This document shows positions 1 through 14,845 of a DNA stretch of 64,000 nucleotides, piece by piece (within the stretch, counting starts at the first letter, position 1; every line of letters begins with the position of its first letter). The DNA comes from Octopus sinensis (taxonomy: Eukaryota), in contig NC_043005.1 in NCBI RefSeq assembly GCF_006345805.1, forward strand, positions 37,324,001-37,388,000, in the 5' to 3' direction. Below the pieces are notes generated by a model, which was not told where the DNA came from, ran no database searches, and was given only the letters and a program-made list of their open reading frames with translations. The position numbers were made by a program, and so were the translations under genes.

Positions 1-1444
1 CCTCGAAGGTAACTCCCTTCGTCTGGTTCATACTTAAATTATGCCATATCTATATATATGTCATAATCTGGCGAGAACATCTTTTCAGTATATTTGGACG
101 ACTTACTATTCATTAATTGCAGCATTTGTTGCTGTAGTAGTAATTGTTGTTGCTTCTGCTGTTGTTCTTGCAGTTGTAGCTGTTGCTGTTGTTCTTTTGG
201 TTGTTAGTGTTGTTGCAACTCAAGCAAACCAACCAACAATTTTTCCAATTTTACGATTGGGTATACCATAAAATCTGCCCCCAAACTTTTTGTGAGTTTT
301 GTAACTCCTTGTGAGTTTGTCAATTCCTTGTCACCACCATTGTATTTGCAATTTGCATGAATGCATTAAAAAAAAAAGGTACAGTGTTTTTAATTTGTTA
401 CAAAATAACTTATAATCCTAAAATATTCTAATATTGGTGGACAAGGAATTCCAGAAGTGTAGGGTAATATACTAAAAAGTACTACTATATGAGTGGCTGA
501 AGAAAGAGCAGAAAAGAAGTGACAACTGATGAACCCTACCTGACATTCTGTGATACAAATGGTACAGGAGCTAAATTTATGAAGTCTTTCAAATATTTTT
601 GGGCAGAGTGAAATTTTCAACTTCATTTGAAAATATATAGGTAACCAATAATGTTCAATTAATGGTGGTGAAATGTGTTCACATCTGTAGAATCTTTTAA
701 GAAATTAAACATAAATGTTTTGAATGATTTCTAACTTTTCTAGTTTTCTAGTTTTCCTCTCAAAATAGCATTTCTATAACCTATATTACAAATGATAGAA
801 CAAGTATATATACATATATATATATATTTATATATATATATATATATATACACATTCACACACATAATGTATATACACATACAAATGTACATTTATATGT
901 ATGTGTATATATATATATATACACACATTCACATGCATAATGTACATACATATATATATATCTAATTAAAGAAGGTGAGAAATATTTGTAACATATGCCA
1001 TATCTATATATATATGTCATAGCTAGGTGTATAAAGATGTATCTATCATATGTACAAACACACACTCACATACATACGTAGACATGGGTGTATACATATC
1101 AATATATTCATATTAAAGCCTATTTATCTACATATATATATGTGTGTGTGTGTGTGTCTGTATGAATACAACTGAATTATGTATGTCTGGCTGTGTCCGT
1201 CACACACACACACATGCTTATACACACAGTGCACAGCATGAGAAGAGAAAATCAAAATTATTAAGTTAATTAATTATTTACAAACTATTGTTATAAGAAA
1301 CGTATTTATTATCTATCCAAATTCATACATTTAACAGCTTGTAATAATGTGAGGCAGTAAATATTTAGCAGGTGGTTTTCTACCATTTCTTGTTATCAAG
1401 ATATCATAGCTAAACATGAAAATATATCTATATATTTGTGTACT

Positions 1445-1666
1445 GAGCTGGCAAAATTGTTAGCATGCAGGGCAAAATGCTTAGCTGTATTTCGTCTACC
1501 ATTATGTTGAGTTCAAATTCCACCAAGGCCAACTTTGTCTTTCATCCTTTCGAGGTTGATTAAATAAGTACCAGTTATGCACTGTCAATATAATCGACTT
1601 AACCCATTTGTCTGTTCTTGTTTGTCTCCTCTATGCTTAGCCCTGTGTGGGCAATAAAGAAATAAA
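1445..1666 (+). mobile_element. SINE family A (tRNA-like head plus conserved central domain)
   Basis: gagctggca...gagttcaaattcc...ctttcatcctttcgaggttgattaaataagtaccag, a motif repeated many times in the window. Confidence 0.75.
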
Positions 1667-3636
1667 TATATTTATGTTCTCTGTTCATATGTATATTTCC
1701 TATTATGTGGTTATTTTGTAATCATGTTTGTGTATATGTGTGTATGTATGTGTGTGTTTATATATGTGTGTGTTGTATATGTGTGTGTATTATCTGTTAG
1801 GTGTCCATCGATCAGACAAAAGACACGCTGAATGTGAGTTATAGAACAATTATATTTTTACATATGTCATAGCAACTATGCATAGAAATTATAAACAATA
1901 AACAAAAATATAATTTTACTTGGTTAATATATTTATTTTGAAATAAGGGAAGTTGTTACAAGATATGTCTAATATTTTAAAGAATTTCACCAATATAACA
2001 GATAAGCTGGAAAAACAATTTTTAAATGAAAATTTTTAATTGCCCTTAATTTTCAAAAGTATTTTCAAATGTCAATCTGTATGTAAATCATTTTACAATG
2101 GCTCTTCTACAGCAAAAAAACCTGTTCTGCTCTGCCCTCTTATACCTTAACTCTTCATCTCCCAGCATAAAGCTGTGTTTCTTAGGGTTCATAGTCTTGA
2201 AGCTGCCTAGTGATCTCACTAGTGCTGGTGTAATGAAAAAAGCACTGAGTACATGCTGTACAATGTTTAGCATCAGTAAGGACATCAGCTGTAGAAACCG
2301 TGCCAGAGTAGACAGTAGAGCACACTGCTGTCCTTGGACCTGTTGGATCCTGAGAGACTATCCAGTTCATGCCACCATAGAACAAAGATGTTAAATGCTG
2401 CTGCTGAAGATGATGATGATAACCTGTGCAAGAAATCCTTTAGTGGCGATCAACCTATCAACAGTAATCGTTTGTGCTTTAATTTTGTGGAATCATAGCA
2501 AAGAAGTGAGTATTTGAAAAGTGTTAGTAAAACAAATGGGGCAATAATTAAAAAAACAAAAGCTTTGAGAAAGACTGAGCTATATAGTTGCTCAACCTGC
2601 TAGAAATAGCTACAAAAATCCTATGTCATAATACAACACCCTACCATTTTCAAACTGTAAAATCACATTAGATAATTGCCATGACTTCAACACAACTGGC
2701 ACCATCTGGTTCACACTGGTACCCTGATAGCTGAAAGTAAAAGAACTAGTGCATCTAGGAAGAAGCACTCACTCTACAATGCTAGAGCTATTAGTATGCC
2801 ATGTCTTGCTCCATTCCATATATTCCCGGCCTGCTTTAGAAGATTCCTGTCCTAGGTAGGCCAACCAGATCAGACAAGACAGCCAATCCAGAATCATTGT
2901 CATTTTTGACAACAAAAGTTGAACAGCGTAACTAAAAGACAAGAGAGTCATGGTTGGAACACTTTTGATTACAGTTCTGCTGGTCAAGACTGGTCTGGTT
3001 GGTGCTAAGCAACCACACAAACAGTTATGTCTTTCAAGCAGATACAAGATTGATGTGTAACTCTTCAGCCTTCAGATTATGCTGTCAAATGTAATGCTTG
3101 TTTAATCCCATTGTTTTGAATCAATCCAGCATTATCTCGTAGCTTTAAGATTTTAATGATGTGACAATATATTTATAGAATAGCATTGTAGGGTAGGCAT
3201 GGGAGGCCAAATCTGGCTGGTTTGAACATGAAACAGAATATTTAGGCCAGATATGAATGGTTTAAATACTTAATAAAGAAAGGGAACAGTCAATTAAATA
3301 ACAGAAGCCTCTATATGCCTTAAATACTTTTAATTTCAAAGGAATAAGGGAATGAGTTATGAAATAAGATTTATGAATTAATTCTAACTTAGGATATTAA
3401 ATCATTAAACTTAGTAACCAAATATCTAGTGTATCCTCCAAACATTCATCTCCTTGGTCCAACTCATGTTTATATAGAATGGATTAAGAAAATATTGAAA
3501 TTCAGTGTCTGGAAGAGTTAAAGTGAAATTCTTGTGTCTCTCACAATTAATGTTTGCATCTAAAATCTCAGCTAATAAATACGCTGTCATGTTAGGTTTT
3601 AAGAGAAATTTGTGTACATCTTTCTCTCTCTCTCTG

Positions 3637-3680
<44 letters not shown>

Positions 3681-4250
3681 GTGTGTGCACACATGTATGT
3701 GTCTGTGTGTACATGTGTGTGTTGTATGCATATATGTGTATTGTGTGTGTATACATACATATGTATCTATATCTATATAGATATATAACTTTCTCGCTTC
3801 AACATTTCTTCATTTAGTGCAGAATATATATATATATATATATATATTTCTGTGTGTATATATTGTATGTGTGTGAGTATATATATATATGTGTGTGTGT
3901 GTGCGTGTGTGTGTTTGTATGCATATATCAAAACGTAATTTAAGAACAAAGAGTTGAATAATTAGCAATGTTATGTCTTCCTGTCTGCTGGTGTTTGGCT
4001 CTTCTTTCTGAATTAGTTCTTTCCCACACTTCATTTTCCATCATCATGGTTTTATATGTGTGTATATTTTTCTTTTATATATATATATACCCCCTCTTTT
4101 TTTCATCTGTTTTTTTCTTTCATCATTCTTTTCTCTTCATAGCCTTAATTGTGAAGAATTAGATATTTATATCCCTAAGCATATATTTCTCTTTGACTTT
4201 CAATAGTAGTTACAAATGATTCTTATTTGTTTGTAATGGTACATTAATAG

Positions 4251-4305
<55 letters not shown>

Positions 4306-7300
4306 TGTATGTATGTGTTAGTATGTGAGACAGGAAGATGTGTATATGAGTTTGTAAAAATAACAGAAATTATCAATTATAAATTGCTAGTTGATTCTCT
4401 CAACTTAAGAGATGTTGACATGATGGTAGCAGGGGTGGGGGTTGATGGCAAGTGTATTGAATCTGTGTGGAAAGGTTGGGTTTTGTTGTTTATAGAGGTT
4501 CCAAGCCATTTCAAAGTAATTATTGCTTTGAGTTTGTTTCATACTATAAATTAATAGCTTTAGTTGTTTTAAAACTCTAGCCACTGCCACTAGCTTAGTT
4601 TGAGATTTAAAAAGAACTGTCTGTCTCATAATGGTACCCTCTGTCTCAACCTTCACCACTACCTCACTACTGATTGTCATCGTAGTCTGACATCACATAG
4701 CTATTACTAATACCAACGTTTTTTTCCACTGATAGAACTGCTACATCTAGCCATCACTACCATAGCAACAAGCTGATCGAGGCCTTCTATCATTGGATAA
4801 AATAGTTGTTGTTTCGATTCTCTGCACTCACCATCATTATTGTTTTAGCATATTTTATTGGCTCTGAAAGGGTGAGAAGACAAGTTAGCTTTGACAGGAC
4901 TTGAAATCAGAATGTGAAGAGCTGGAACAAATCCCACAAGGTACTTTTCCATTGCATTAATGATGTTGCCATTCAGCTGCTTTTGTTTCTAATTTAGGCA
5001 AAAAGCCATCAGTTTAGAGTGGGGAGGCTGGAGTTAATTGATACCATTGAGATCCCACTATTAGTCTGCTACTTTATTTTATTGATCATGGAACAGTGGA
5101 AACAAGAATGACCTTGGCAGGATTTGAATTCAGAACCACAAGAAACACCATTAGGCATTTTGTCCAAAGCTTTAATGATTCCGACAAACAACCACCCTTG
5201 TAAAATAATTGTCTGTAATTTAGGCATGAGACCAGATATTTTGATGGGAGAATGTTAGTAAATTAAATCCTCCTCCTCCTCCACCACCACCACCTCCTCC
5301 TCCTCCTCCTCATCATCATCATCATCATCTTCTTCATTGTTTTAATGACCACATTTCCAAGCTTGCATGGGTTGGACAGAGTTTATTGAAACAAATCTAT
5401 GGCCAAATGTCCTTCCTGTTTCCAAACCTCACTTATTCCCGAGCAAGGTAATATTTTCGCAGTATATTGGAAAAGAATGACACTGCTAGTATGATAGTGG
5501 CACTTGTTTTCAACTATCATGTAATGTCAAAACAAGGAGACACAAACATATGCTCTTCACACAGGCATTTATGCACACAAACACATGCATATATGTATAT
5601 CATAGACTTTCAGTTTCCATCAACCAAATCCACTCACAAGTTTTTGGTAAGCCTGGGACAATAGTAGAAGGCACTTACCCAAGGCATCATGTTGTAGAAC
5701 TAAATCTGAAGCCATGTGGTTGGAAAAAAAACTTCTTAATTACTTTATTTTAATGACACCAGAAAGGATGAAGGGCAAATCTGATGCTGGTAGATACCAC
5801 CACTAGTTGACTGGTGCTGTATTTTATTGACCCCAGAAGGACGATTGTCAAGGTTGATTGTTACAAGATCTGAACTCAAAATTTAAAGAGTTGGAACCAA
5901 TATTGCAAAGCAATTTTTCCAGTACTCTAACAATTCTGCCAATGTTACATTCTTCAAATATAATGTGAACTTTGCTTTATTGAATAATCTATTAAAATAT
6001 AGCGAACATTTATTGATAAATATATTCCGTAAGATTTCATAGGAATTCATAAAGATTAAAAATTTCTTTTCTGTTTTTAGATTCTTTTTGTCACAATACA
6101 AAGCTGAGACAATAAAAAAAATCAAAAACAAAAATTGAAATCTTCCAAGATCCTTCAGTTATGGTGGTAATAAATGCTATCAGTTGTATATAGATAAGAA
6201 TATTTGTAATGGTGAGATCAATATCAGCTTGTTTTGATATCACATGATAACATGGTTGTGTATTATCACTGGATTCACAACACATATACTCTATGTATGT
6301 GTATGAATATACATATGTATGTACATATACACATACATATACGTGCACGCACACTCACACACATACATTGAGGCTGTGCAAGTGGTAACACTGGCTTTAT
6401 GCAGCTAATCTAAGACGTTTTGCCATACCTTAGGCATGTCTTCTATTATCGTCCAGGCTCAACCAAAGCCTTGTGAATGGATTTTGGTTGACCAAAGCTG
6501 AAAAAAGCCAATTCACACATGTGCACACACACACACACACAGACACACACACACACACACACACACAGACACCCACCCACACACACACACACACACGTGT
6601 TTGGTTGCACTTCCTTACCTTAATATCATGTGATAGTTGTAAGTGAGTGTCACTGTCATGAGATGCAGTATTATTCATTTCCAATATTCTGTGAGAACAT
6701 GTTTGCCAACTGGAAAATATTACCTTGCTTGGTGATAGATGAGGGAGGGTATCTGGTTGTAGAACATCAGCCTCAATAAACTCAGTCAGACCCATACAAG
6801 CATGGAAAAGTGGGCATTAAAAGGATGATGATTTACATATATATATATATTTTATACACAATGGGTTTCTCTTTTCTACCTAAAAAAGATTAACACACAA
6901 ATCATTGTTCAACTTGGAGCTGTATTAGATATATTAGACAATTGTGTAATGTAGCAGTATTAGACACTCATCTCTGATATTTGATGAACCATTGTTATGT
7001 GTAACACAATGGTAGTTTGCCCTAGGTGTCAGGAGGGGCATACATGATGCAGCATTCATTCTGCTTCAGCTACAATGTTTCATTCTCCCTTTGTTGGATC
7101 CTCCTGATCTCCAAAAGAGTGAAATTTGTTTTGGTTTTTTATCAACGTTTCTGTAGAAGTTGTTGGTTTTTTTTTTTACTGGGGGAGGCTGCTAACCCAC
7201 CCCGCTTAAAATTCCTTGCCCCATCCTCTAATCAGGCTTCTACCCAACGACCTTCTTGAATTCATTGACTCTGCTAGTGAGGTTAAATTCTCTGTTAGTA

Positions 7301-8064
7301 CAGCAACATAGAAGCATGCAAGCTCCCCTATATGGCAAGGTAACAATCCATATAAAACTGGACTTGCAATGAATGGTTGACTGTAAATTTATGGTTTACC
7401 TGTGTCTTTGTAGAAGCACTGGGCCTAGTAGTTTGAGTGTTGCACTCATGATCACAAGATTATGGTTTCAATTTCTGGACCACGCAGTGGTATTGTGTTC
7501 CTGAGCAAAGCACTTCATTTCATGTTGCTCTAGTTCACTGAGCTGTAAATGAGTAAACCTGTGATGGAGTGGATTCCAATTCAAGCAGGAATATTGGTTT
7601 TATAAGTCCTAGGACTCAATAACAATAATATCCAAGGGCTGATCAAGATAATGATTATTTATCTTTAGCCTCCTCAGCAGCATCTGAAAGCTGCTTGATC
7701 AGTCAATTGATATTGCAGTGCTAGTTCTGTTATCACCATTCCTCACTAGCGGTCAGTTGCCGGCACCAATCCATTGTGTCATCCACAGCTCGTTTATCAT
7801 AAACAACAACACAATAGTTTTCAATATCAATGACTAAAATTACTTCAATATATCACACATTCTCCCATCTTAAACATTACTGAGTGGAGAGGAAATTTAG
7901 AAGTCATAAAATGAGAAAAAAATATCAGATTTTGACAACTTCAGTATATACTGTCTTTGAGGCATCACAAATTATGATAAACTGAACAACATTATATATA
8001 TATATGAGAAAAGTTAGAGAAATTATAAATTTTCTAATCAAAACACTTTCTAAGTGGATTGGTG

Positions 8065-8590
8065 ACATTCATATTATTAACACATTCTGACAGATTCTGA
8101 CATGAATATGCAAATCACTGTTGTATTTTTATCATTGGAGAGCAACTTCCCCTTTCAGACAAATGTGTGTTATAACACAATTGATTCATTAGAGTAAGGA
8201 CACTTTGGGATACCCAGTGATTTGACATTCTTGTGTCTCCTCAGTCATATCATTCCAGAGGTGCTACTGTTTGCTGATGTGTGTAGACATCTATCAACTG
8301 CTATTAAATCATCATGTGCACAGTGAAGAACAGGAATTAGAATGATAGCACACATATTCATTCTTAATATGTTCCAACAGATTCAAACATGAATATCCTA
8401 ACTGTTCTTGTGTTTCAATGTTGGAGAACCATTTCATAACACTCTCAGGTCATCCAGGTGAGGAGATTTTGGACACTGATATTTCGACCTTGTTGTGTCT
8501 CCTGAACTAAAGCCACTCTGGATTTATGACTCATACAAGAGATTTTGGTTTGCAGATGAATGCTGGTATCTATTAATTATTATCCAGCTC
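8065..8590. repeat. Old diverged tandem duplication, period ~260-290 bp
   Basis: Anchors: acagattc..acatgaatat at 8090/8377, ttggaga at 8135/8421, ttgtgtctcct at 8231/8493. Confidence 0.7.
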
Positions 8591-9133
8591 ATTGAATTAC
8601 CGGGACTGCTTCAGTACAAAGGAAGAAATGGAAGGAAACGTTAAAGCCTTTACAGTGGAATTCCAATTTTCGCTTCTCTCTTTAGGGTACAAATGAGGGA
8701 TGTTTCCCTTTACTAGGATAACAAGATTTGTAAATCAGAAAGGTGAAGTTAGATAATATGAGTTCTAATATATAAGCTGTATGAACAATATTACTTTATT
8801 TGGTGATTAAGCAAAATACAAGATGAGATTGCATTGTGGATATGGTGTTTTTATAGTAATACGTGGGGGAGGGGTTTGGCTCATAAATACAAGAAAATAA
8901 ATAATGGAATAAAACAATAAAGAAACAATTTAATTCACCTGATGGCAATGTTTCATGAATTAGAGTAACATGAGAAACTCTACCACACACACATATAAAA
9001 AAATAAACAGCATAATTTTTTAGAATAACTATCTCATATAGAAGGATTATATATATATATATACATATATATATTTATATAAATACATATATATAATATA
9101 TATATATATATATATGGATATATATATTTCTAT

Positions 9134-9198
<65 letters not shown>

Positions 9199-9692
9199 TG
9201 GTATAAGATAAATATTTCAGATGTTTATCTTAAACATTCAGACAAGCAAATTCATAATTCATATGTATGACATAAGATATTATTTCATTCAAATAACCAT
9301 TTGTATTTATAAGAATACAGAAATATAAGATTATGAAAATAAGAAATTAAAAAACATAAAAAATATATAAGGAGTACCATGAAAGTATAAAATATAGTTA
9401 GAATGGATTAAAGAAGGTGATAGAAAGGATTAGTCCCAACCTGTGGCTGTTTCAGAAAAGTTTTGAGGGGCTGTAGGAAATAATCCAAATTCAACTCCCT
9501 GTAAAAACATTTCCTTCCTCAGGGTTCTTTTGTCATGGAAAAATCAATAAGGCACTTTTTCTGATGATATCTCTTATTAAAATCACTCTGGATAAATTCC
9601 AGCATTAATCTTCTCGGGCTTTCCAATATTTTAGAAATAGATAATACATATATATATATATATTTGTGTATATACATATTTATATATATTTG

Positions 9693-9756
<64 letters not shown>

Positions 9757-9766
9757 ATATATGTGT

Positions 9767-10079
9767 ATCATCATCATCGTTTAACATCCGTTCTCCATGC
9801 TAGCATGGGTTGGACGGTTCGACAGGGGATCTGGGAAGCCAGAAGGCTGCACCAGGCTCCAGTCTTATCTGGCAATGTTTCTACAGCTGGATGCCCTTCC
9901 TAACGCCAACCACTCCGTGAGTGTAGTGGGTGCTTTTTACGTGCCACCTGCACAGGTGCCAGGTGAGGCTGGTAACAGCCACGGTCGGATTGGTGCATTG
10001 TATGTGCCACCGGCACGGAAGCCAGTCGAGGCGGCACTGGCATCGGCCATGATTCGGATGGTGCTTTTTATGTACCACT
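9767..10079 (-). mobile_element. Young RTE-tailed SINE-like repeat (family C) with (GAT)n tail and internal sub-repeats
   Basis: catcatcatcgtttaacatccgttctccatgctagcatgggttggacgg...ctggatgcccttcctaacgccaacc. Older copies lie near 2210-2425, 5310-5580, 6370-6835, 16972-17530, 19530-20035, 26240-26500, 35760-35960, 36250-36480, 50135-50495 and 52320-52580. Confidence 0.7.
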
Positions 10080-10336
10080 ATATATAAATGTATATATACA
10101 AATATATAAATGTATATATATACATTTATATATCTCCATATATATGTCTTTATATATATTTATATTTTTAATTATATATATATGTATATATATATATAGT
10201 TAGTATGCATGTACAGCAGAGTTTAAGGTCAATCTGTGTCAAGCAGCTTTACTCTGCCTGCTTTAGCTTCGTTACTATGGCAACAGTCCGGACACTTGTT
10301 GATCAGACAATGAGTGTGTATGTATACATATTTATT

Positions 10337-10377
<41 letters not shown>

Positions 10378-11188
10378 AGGGCATATACACACAGATAGAT
10401 AGAAAGATATATGTAAATTGGTTTACATTCATGAAAATATAAAGAGATAATGTTAATACCTGGTAGATTCACTTTGAAATTAAAACTGTAAAATAGCCTG
10501 AAAATATCAAGTAGAGAGATAGCGAGAATAAATGAGCTTTATTAAGGAAATCAGAGCCTCTTATGTTGTACACTTGATAAATGGATAGAGAAGCATTGCC
10601 TGTGGATGATGAACAAATATGGCATGTATTAGATATTGGTAGATAGATGAATGCATGGATTATATTTTCAAACATGATAGACAAATAGTCTCTAGAATTT
10701 TGTGAAATAGATAGTAATGTCTCGTATATGTAACCTGCTGTGTGCATCTAGTTAAGTAGACAAAACAAAATCTAAGAGCTATCAGTAAATGTTGATAACT
10801 CATGTTGATGAAATATAGAATAATTTCTTATCTGGTGATGGCAAAAAAAATATAATTGATGAGGAAAAAGGACTCAAATATGGTAGTAGTGTTATTACAG
10901 AACACAATAGCCTGGTTGATGTGTTTTTTATATGACAGGAAAATTGAATATTTGTATATGCTTTGCTTGTTTTAGCCATTGGATTATGGCCAAGCTGCAG
11001 CACTGGTGTCAAGTGTTTAGATGGGTGAACTCACCATATTACTTATTTACTTATTTATTGCTTATTTATTGTCTTTTATTTTTCTGTTCTTTAAAACTGA
11101 TCAGTTAAAAGGATGTGAACAAACCAACACTGAATGACAAGCAGTAAGCATCCACACACACTGTGAGTGTGTGTACGTATATGTATAA

Positions 11189-11226
<38 letters not shown>

Positions 11227-11456
11227 ATATTCACCTGTATTTATATTATCTTTTATGCTTTTACTTCTTTCGCTTATTTGATTGAAAACATGGTGTAGCA
11301 CTGCCTTGAAGAATTTTTAATTCAATTGTTTTTCATGCTTTACTCTAAGTTGAAAAAGTCACAAAGGCTGAAACCGGTACTAAAATGTTCTTCATGATAA
11401 AATTATTTTAGCATTTTCTACCTTGTCTTATTTTCTCATATATATATATATATATA

Positions 11457-11515
<59 letters not shown>

Positions 11516-12222
11516 ATAATGGTACAACAATGCACCAATATTTACTGGAAATAGCAGTCAATAATATAGCAAAAGCTTCACTGCGTATATATTGGTAAAG
11601 ATGTTTGCAGGCAGTGAACATGAAAAATTTCATCTTACCTGTAGGAAGAACATTAGATAAATTTACAACCCAGATGGGAATAATCTAGGACTTAGGTTTT
11701 GAAAACTCCAAAATACTTTTTTTTTAATGTAAATTTGATTAGTTCTCTTCAGCTAGATTCACTAGACAAAATTTTGAATGTTGTTACATCAGTATCAGTA
11801 TACTTGCCTGAATGTCTAAGCCATTAAGAGAACCAAGAATTGTGAAAAGTTTTCAAAGAAAACATTATTAAATATATATACATATATACATATATATATT
11901 ATATATATATATATATATAATATACACACACACACACACATAGCAGGTATCAGCATAGTATCCATCTTTGGAATTTAGGTACAAGGCTCACGTCTATAAT
12001 AAATGAAAGACCCTTGTCCACAGTGCCTTGCAGTGGGACTGAATACAGATCCATATGGTCTTATAGTAAACTTCTTAACCACACAGTCATGTCTCTGCTT
12101 ATATCTACATCTTAGAATAAACAATGAAATTAAAACAAAAATTCAAATAACAATTTTCTCATCATCATCTTCATAATCATTGTCATCATTCAGGATTGGA
12201 TAAAAAAATAATAATAGCAACT

Positions 12223-12667
12223 GTTTCAAATGTTAGTACAAGGCCAGGAATTTTGGGCAGAGGTATTAGTTGATTACATCAAACTCAGTGCTCACTGGAG
12301 CTTATTTTATTGACTCCAAAAGGAAGTAAAACAAAGTTGACATCAGCAGGATTTGAACTCAGAGCATAAAATGCTGGAAGAACTACTGCAAAATATTTTT
12401 TCGCACCCACAAAGGATTCATCAGTTTGTTGCCCATAACTGGATAAATAATAGTTTTTAATTGAGGCAACAAATCAAGAAGTTTTGAGAAGTGGCTGGTT
12501 GATATTGTCAACACCAGTATTTGGCTGGTGTTGTATTTTGTTAATATTGAAAGGATAAAACACTAAAGTTCTCCTTGATAAGATTTGAATTCCGAACATG
12601 AAGTATTAGAAGAAATATTGCAAGGCATTTTGTTCTGATGCTCTTGCAATTCACCAGTTCCCTGCCT
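12223..12667 (-). mobile_element. Head-to-tail pair of old family A SINEs
   Basis: Two minus-strand copies, ~12223-12437 and ~12455-12667. A similar cluster lies at ~4850-5260 and a copy at ~5750-5945. Confidence 0.65.
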
Positions 12668-14400
12668 TTCAGTGACTAAATAATAAAAAAGTAAATCAAC
12701 CATTTATCCTTTATTGCTGTTGTTTTAGCTGGGATGTATCATAATATTTAATTTAGTTGCCTCCATCCTGCAAAATCTTATCTGCTTAAATCATCTTCCT
12801 TAAGGAGCAAAACTGGCTGAGTATCTGAGTTTGTCTACGGCAATATTGTTGTTGTTCTTGTCATTTTATCTACTAAGCTATAAAATCAGTGTTTTAACTG
12901 CTACTTAAGAATAAAGTAGTTGGTTAGAAAACTTTTATGGAAAACATTGTGTTGTTATAGTACTTATTGTGAAAATTCCGACCATACTATGAAAATATTC
13001 CCCATTTGCATAACTATCAAACGCATTATGAGCAGAGGGGAAAATATTATGCTGTAAATATGTTTATACAGATAGATAAAAAAAAATCTATTCAAAGTTA
13101 TACTTTGTGATGTGAGCTAAATTAAAATTCTAGTATGAGGAAATATATAAAGCCTCAATGTTCAATGTCTTTTTCTTTTTTTAATCTTTTATTTATTAAA
13201 AATCAAAGCCTGTAAATATTAATGGCAAACTCTGGCTTCAGCAAAAGAGCAATGTTAAAATTTCCAATTTAGAGATACCTATGATTTTGTTCAATCAAAC
13301 TGTGTGAATGTGATGAAAGAGATGAAGCGTATATCAACGATATTGAATTTTAAAAACCTTCAATTTGACAATATTTCTTTTATTCATGGCATGAAATTGC
13401 TTTCTTTGCTCTTTCAACTTAATATAATTTCACTTTGACAAAAGTTTATCTTGATTAAAGTGTCTATAATTAAGATATAATCATGTGACGTTTCATCAAA
13501 GCCCTAATTGCTATCATCATAAAAGTTGTTCTTTCATTTCTCTGTTGAACATTCAGTACATCTGTTATTTATTCTTATTAGATAAAGAATTGAGACATTA
13601 GAAACTCCCTTACCTCCTCCAGCTCATTCTTCATCAATTCTTCATTTCATCTTTCCATTCTGAGGCTTGTTATTTCCCCCTAAACTAATTTCTATATATC
13701 TTTAATAACAAGCTGACATGCTGGTTTCTCTTCCCAAATTAAGATAACAGCTGCTAATAATAAAAGACATAATGTCATCTTGAGAGTAAAACAGGATGTT
13801 TTTCAGTTACACTGTCTTCTAAATTTAATTTCAGCTTAATAATGCAACTCATTGAATGAAAATTCTCAGTAACTGGCTTCAATGAGAATGCAAGAATTCT
13901 GAAATACTGTACTTATTGGCATAAAAGACACATGGGCATATTAGATGCACATCAATTTCAGCAGTGCATATTCACGGTAAAGAGTGCTGGAGATAAAAGT
14001 AGCTTGTTGGGGTTCCATCCTCACATACAGGTGGTTTGAGATATTTTTGGAAAAAGTTGCATTTTATAAACCATCAAATATAGTACCCCCTTATTTCTCA
14101 CAAAGTCTTAGGTTCAAACACCTTTTACTGCTCTACATTGTGTTCCTCCTTCAGTATGTTTGCTTTAGTTTCTATGTAGTCTTTCATCACTCCCAATAAT
14201 CATGTAGGACTTGTCTGTGTGTTATTGTTTGTTTTCCATGCTAGCATGGGTTAGACAATTATATATTATTGAGACATTGTTTTGCAAACAGAAACATAAG
14301 CATACATACATGCATGCACGCACAAACATACATACATATACATACATACGTACGTACATATGTATGATGTATGTATGTATGTATGTATGTATGTATATCA

Positions 14401-14699
14401 CCGTGACCGACCAGGCTATCAGATGTTGCTACACATTGCTGGTCACAATGCGCTTCACATTGTTTTAGCCTTCAAATGACGCCACCCCGCTGGCTAAGCA
14501 AGTAGGCCAACAGAAGAAAGAGTGAGAGAACGTTGTGGTGAAAGAGTACAGCAGGGATCGCCGCCACCCCCTGCCAGAGCCTCATGGAGCTTTAGGTGTT
14601 TTCTCTCAATAAACACTCACAACGCCCGGTCTGGGAATCAAAACTGCGATCCTACAACCGTGAGTCCACTGCCCTAACCACTGGGCCATTACGCCTCCA
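14401..14699 (-). mobile_element. tRNA-derived SINE
   Basis: Minus-strand head gtggaggcgtaatggcccagtggttagggcagtggactc...ggttgtaggatcgcagttttgattccc; related to 38893-39193. Confidence 0.8.
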
Positions 14700-14810
14700 C
14701 ATGTACATATATATAATAAAGAGACTTATTGGGTAAGGCCAGAACAATACAAGAAGATATAATGTAAACTACAAAATGAAAACAATATTAAGTTTGAATT
14801 TTACCTTATA

Positions 14811-14845
14811 TTTCTATATTTCAGGGCTATGACCCCTTCTTCAAG
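14811..14845 (-). ncRNA. Degenerate minimal hammerhead-like motif (PLE-type relic)
   Basis: Minus strand reads TTGAAGA-AGGG-gtcatag-CCCT-GAAA-TA-TA: C3>T, perfect 4-bp stem II, palindromic ATAT stem III, poor stem I. Confidence 0.5.

Noticed and set aside
1-40. Minus-strand CAGACGA-AGG-gagtta-CCTTC-GAGG resembling a hammerhead core and stem II
   Set aside because: Core mismatched, GAAA absent, and the motif is cut by the window edge; cannot be assessed.
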